This document shows, piece after piece, positions 61,903-64,000 of a stretch of 64,000 nt of DNA. The number at the start of each line of letters is the position of its first letter. Position 1 is the stretch's first letter. Location: assembly GCA_051294905.1 (NCBI GenBank), contig CM119371.1:20462001-20526000 (forward strand), read 5' to 3'. The notes below the pieces were generated by a model that saw nothing but the letters and a program-made list of their open reading frames with translations, was not told the origin of the DNA and searched no databases. The DNA is from Botryllus schlosseri. Taxonomy: Eukaryota. Made by a program: the position numbers and the translations under genes.

Positions 61903-62211
61903 TAGGGCTATCATATTTTGGAAACGAGAAAGGAGAACACTTTTCAAACTTTTCAAAGGGAATTTTTTTCCACTTCGTGGTCGGTTGACTATAAAAAGGT
62001 CAACTTTCCACTCAGCTCCCGAAATACCCGTCTGAGCGTCAATTCGGTGCTGATTTGCGGCATCTCAGTCTAATTTTGCTATGAATTTGACCAAAATTTC
62101 GCAAAAATATGACAAAATCTCAAAGAGGATGACATTTAGGCGTCCTCGGAGGACATTTTCAAAAACCCGAAAAAGGATGACAAATCCTCTTAAAGGAGTA
62201 CGGTAACCCTA
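61903..62211. mobile_element. hAT MITE, copy of the 7335-7766 family (another partial inverted copy at about 19599-19830)
   Basis: Similar termini and body; TSD TGTTAAAT/TGTTAATT. Confidence 0.8.
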
Positions 62212-63125
62212 TGTTAATTGAGACTTCAAAATATAAAAGGAGACGCATGAAACATTAAATATTCATTCTACATGAATTGTAGCAACCACTCAAACTTTGA
62301 AATACAACGTCGGCATATTTTGCGAAGCGACAAAAATTGGGATATTTGACGAAGTCCCTACAAAAGTAAACTTTGACGAAACACCAGGAATATATATATA
62401 TAACTATAGTTCTATAGTAGGCGTATACAACTTTGTATTCCTATTGGTTATCAAAGGAATACAGAGTTGTATACGCCTACTATACAACTAACCCCCTTGC
62501 AATTGCAAATCGCCCCCAGGGGCGCTGGCGACTTGGTTTAAGAAACCATTGGTCGAAACACGTCGTCATTTTGGTTTATGATCAATATTATTACACCGTT
62601 GTCATGCGGTCGGCTTGCTTAGAAGCTTTGAAACATTATATTTCAACATCGGTGTGGAATGTTAATGCATCAACAGAATAAATAAAACGATATTGGCAGA
62701 ACCTGTCCGTGATGACATTTCTTGTTTGCTGGTTGGGTCCATATTTTGCGGTTGCTGTTGCAAGTCTGGGCTCGGGGTTACTTAAACACGATGTGATACA
62801 TCGACCTCGCCTACCGATACATGCCACCTCATTTCTATCGCTTGTCTTTTTATCTCATTATCTATTACTCTATTCTTAAATCAGTGTGCAAGGTCCTTAT
62901 TCTCATCGTCTCTAGTCCCATATGCGTGTCTGATTTCAAAGACTACTCCAAATCGTTTCGACACCACCACATCTTTTCATTGTATCGCAATCCTGTGGTG
63001 CTCTGATCTGATGAAGTTATTAATAGACGGAAACTGTCTGAAACGGATTACCTATTTTTGGCAATTTACGTTCCAATTTACCTACAGCTGTATGCTATAC
63101 AGCTGCGATGCTATAATATTCGGCT

Positions 63126-63480
63126 AGGGAATCGAGTGGTGCAGTTGGTTACGCACTGCAGTCACGACACCAATGAAAGTGGGTTCGAATCGAGACTCTG
63201 ACCAACTTCTACGTGCCGGAGGTTTCTCTGGCATCCTTATCGCCAAACTCACTACTGCGGTAGTGCATTGAAGAGCCCAACAATGAAGGTGAGCCCTGCT
63301 AGAAGTCGGCAGCTGAGTCCACGATGGAGGCGCATGCTAGTGAGAGACTGAAGATTGACTGGAGGAAGAGAATGAAAACCATACCCATGACTACGAAAAA
63401 AGTAAAGATTTGAAGAACATGATCCACACTTGAAAAAAGCGATACGCACCACTGTGTACCAATAAAAATATTATTATAAT
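63126..63480 (+). mobile_element. Full-length tRNA-derived SINE with AT-rich tail
   Basis: A box TGGTGCAGTTGG, B box GGTTCGAATC, central domain shared with the 30968 SINE, and TSD ATATTCGGCT (63116-63125, 63481-63490). Confidence 0.82.
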
Positions 63481-63857
63481 ATATTCGGCTGCATAAATGG
63501 CACTCGAATTTCATATGTTTATTGAGCGAGGACTTGGTGGCTTGTGCGGGAATCAAAGGCAATTTGTTTGAACTGTTGGTCAGGAGTGACTATCGACAAG
63601 TCAGGTCACTATTCCCTTCATCAACGATTTTCAATATCCACGTTGACAATCATCGATGCACTGGGCGAGTCTAACATAGCTGTGCAAATAATTTCTCTGC
63701 GTTGCGCTATATGTTTCCACAACGGAAAGAGGGTCTTGCTACCGAGTGTTTACACGTCACGATCAGACATCGCGTTAACTGTGAAACACTAAAGCCGATT
63801 CAGTTTTATGAACAGTGACCTTTAAACGTTACCACTGCCATCGTCGATATAAATGGT

Positions 63858-64000
63858 CAGGGTTGTAACCAAGTCACAATGCTCCGAGTCGCAAGTCAAT
63901 CTCACTTTTATAGTTTTGACTCGAGTCAAGTCGAGTCATTTAAACTCACCACCGAGTCAAGTCCGAGTCCAAGTCAGTTAGCAGAGGGGCGAGTCCGAGT
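63858..64000. mobile_element. hAT MITE (TIR CAGGGTTGTAA), runs off the window end
   Basis: The start matches 27908-28050. Confidence 0.85.

Overview
AT-rich eukaryotic (metazoan invertebrate; compact 70-75 bp introns, possibly an ascidian, but the taxon cannot be fixed from sequence alone) genomic region that is very rich in transposable elements. All host genes found are on the minus strand. There are two tandem 4-exon PLAC8/cornifelin-family genes (CDS spans 2011-9383 and 16027-21023) and a cluster of three effector-less tandem C2H2 zinc-finger genes: two intact (28615-29559, 37652-38797) and one frameshifted pseudogene (47852-48912). The last two lie in an old, diverged segmental duplication (about 36070-42375 vs about 43360-58200). 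The rest is largely mobile DNA: more than 20 hAT-type MITEs and deleted hAT elements (many with 8-bp TSDs, often nested), tRNA-derived SINEs that share a central domain but have different 3' tails, a BEL/Pao fragment, and a young Penelope-like (GIY-YIG) insertion. The Penelope-like insertion forms a near-perfect 1.23-kb palindrome with a minimal hammerhead ribozyme motif in each arm, a 12-bp TSD and a 35-bp tail. It sits inside a SINE inside PLAC8 intron 1. No CRISPR, rRNA or true tRNA genes were seen. Nothing here is demonstrably a wholly new system; the most unusual items are the ribozyme-bearing palindrome, the modular SINEs and the rapidly turning-over ZNF cluster. All alignments were done by eye.
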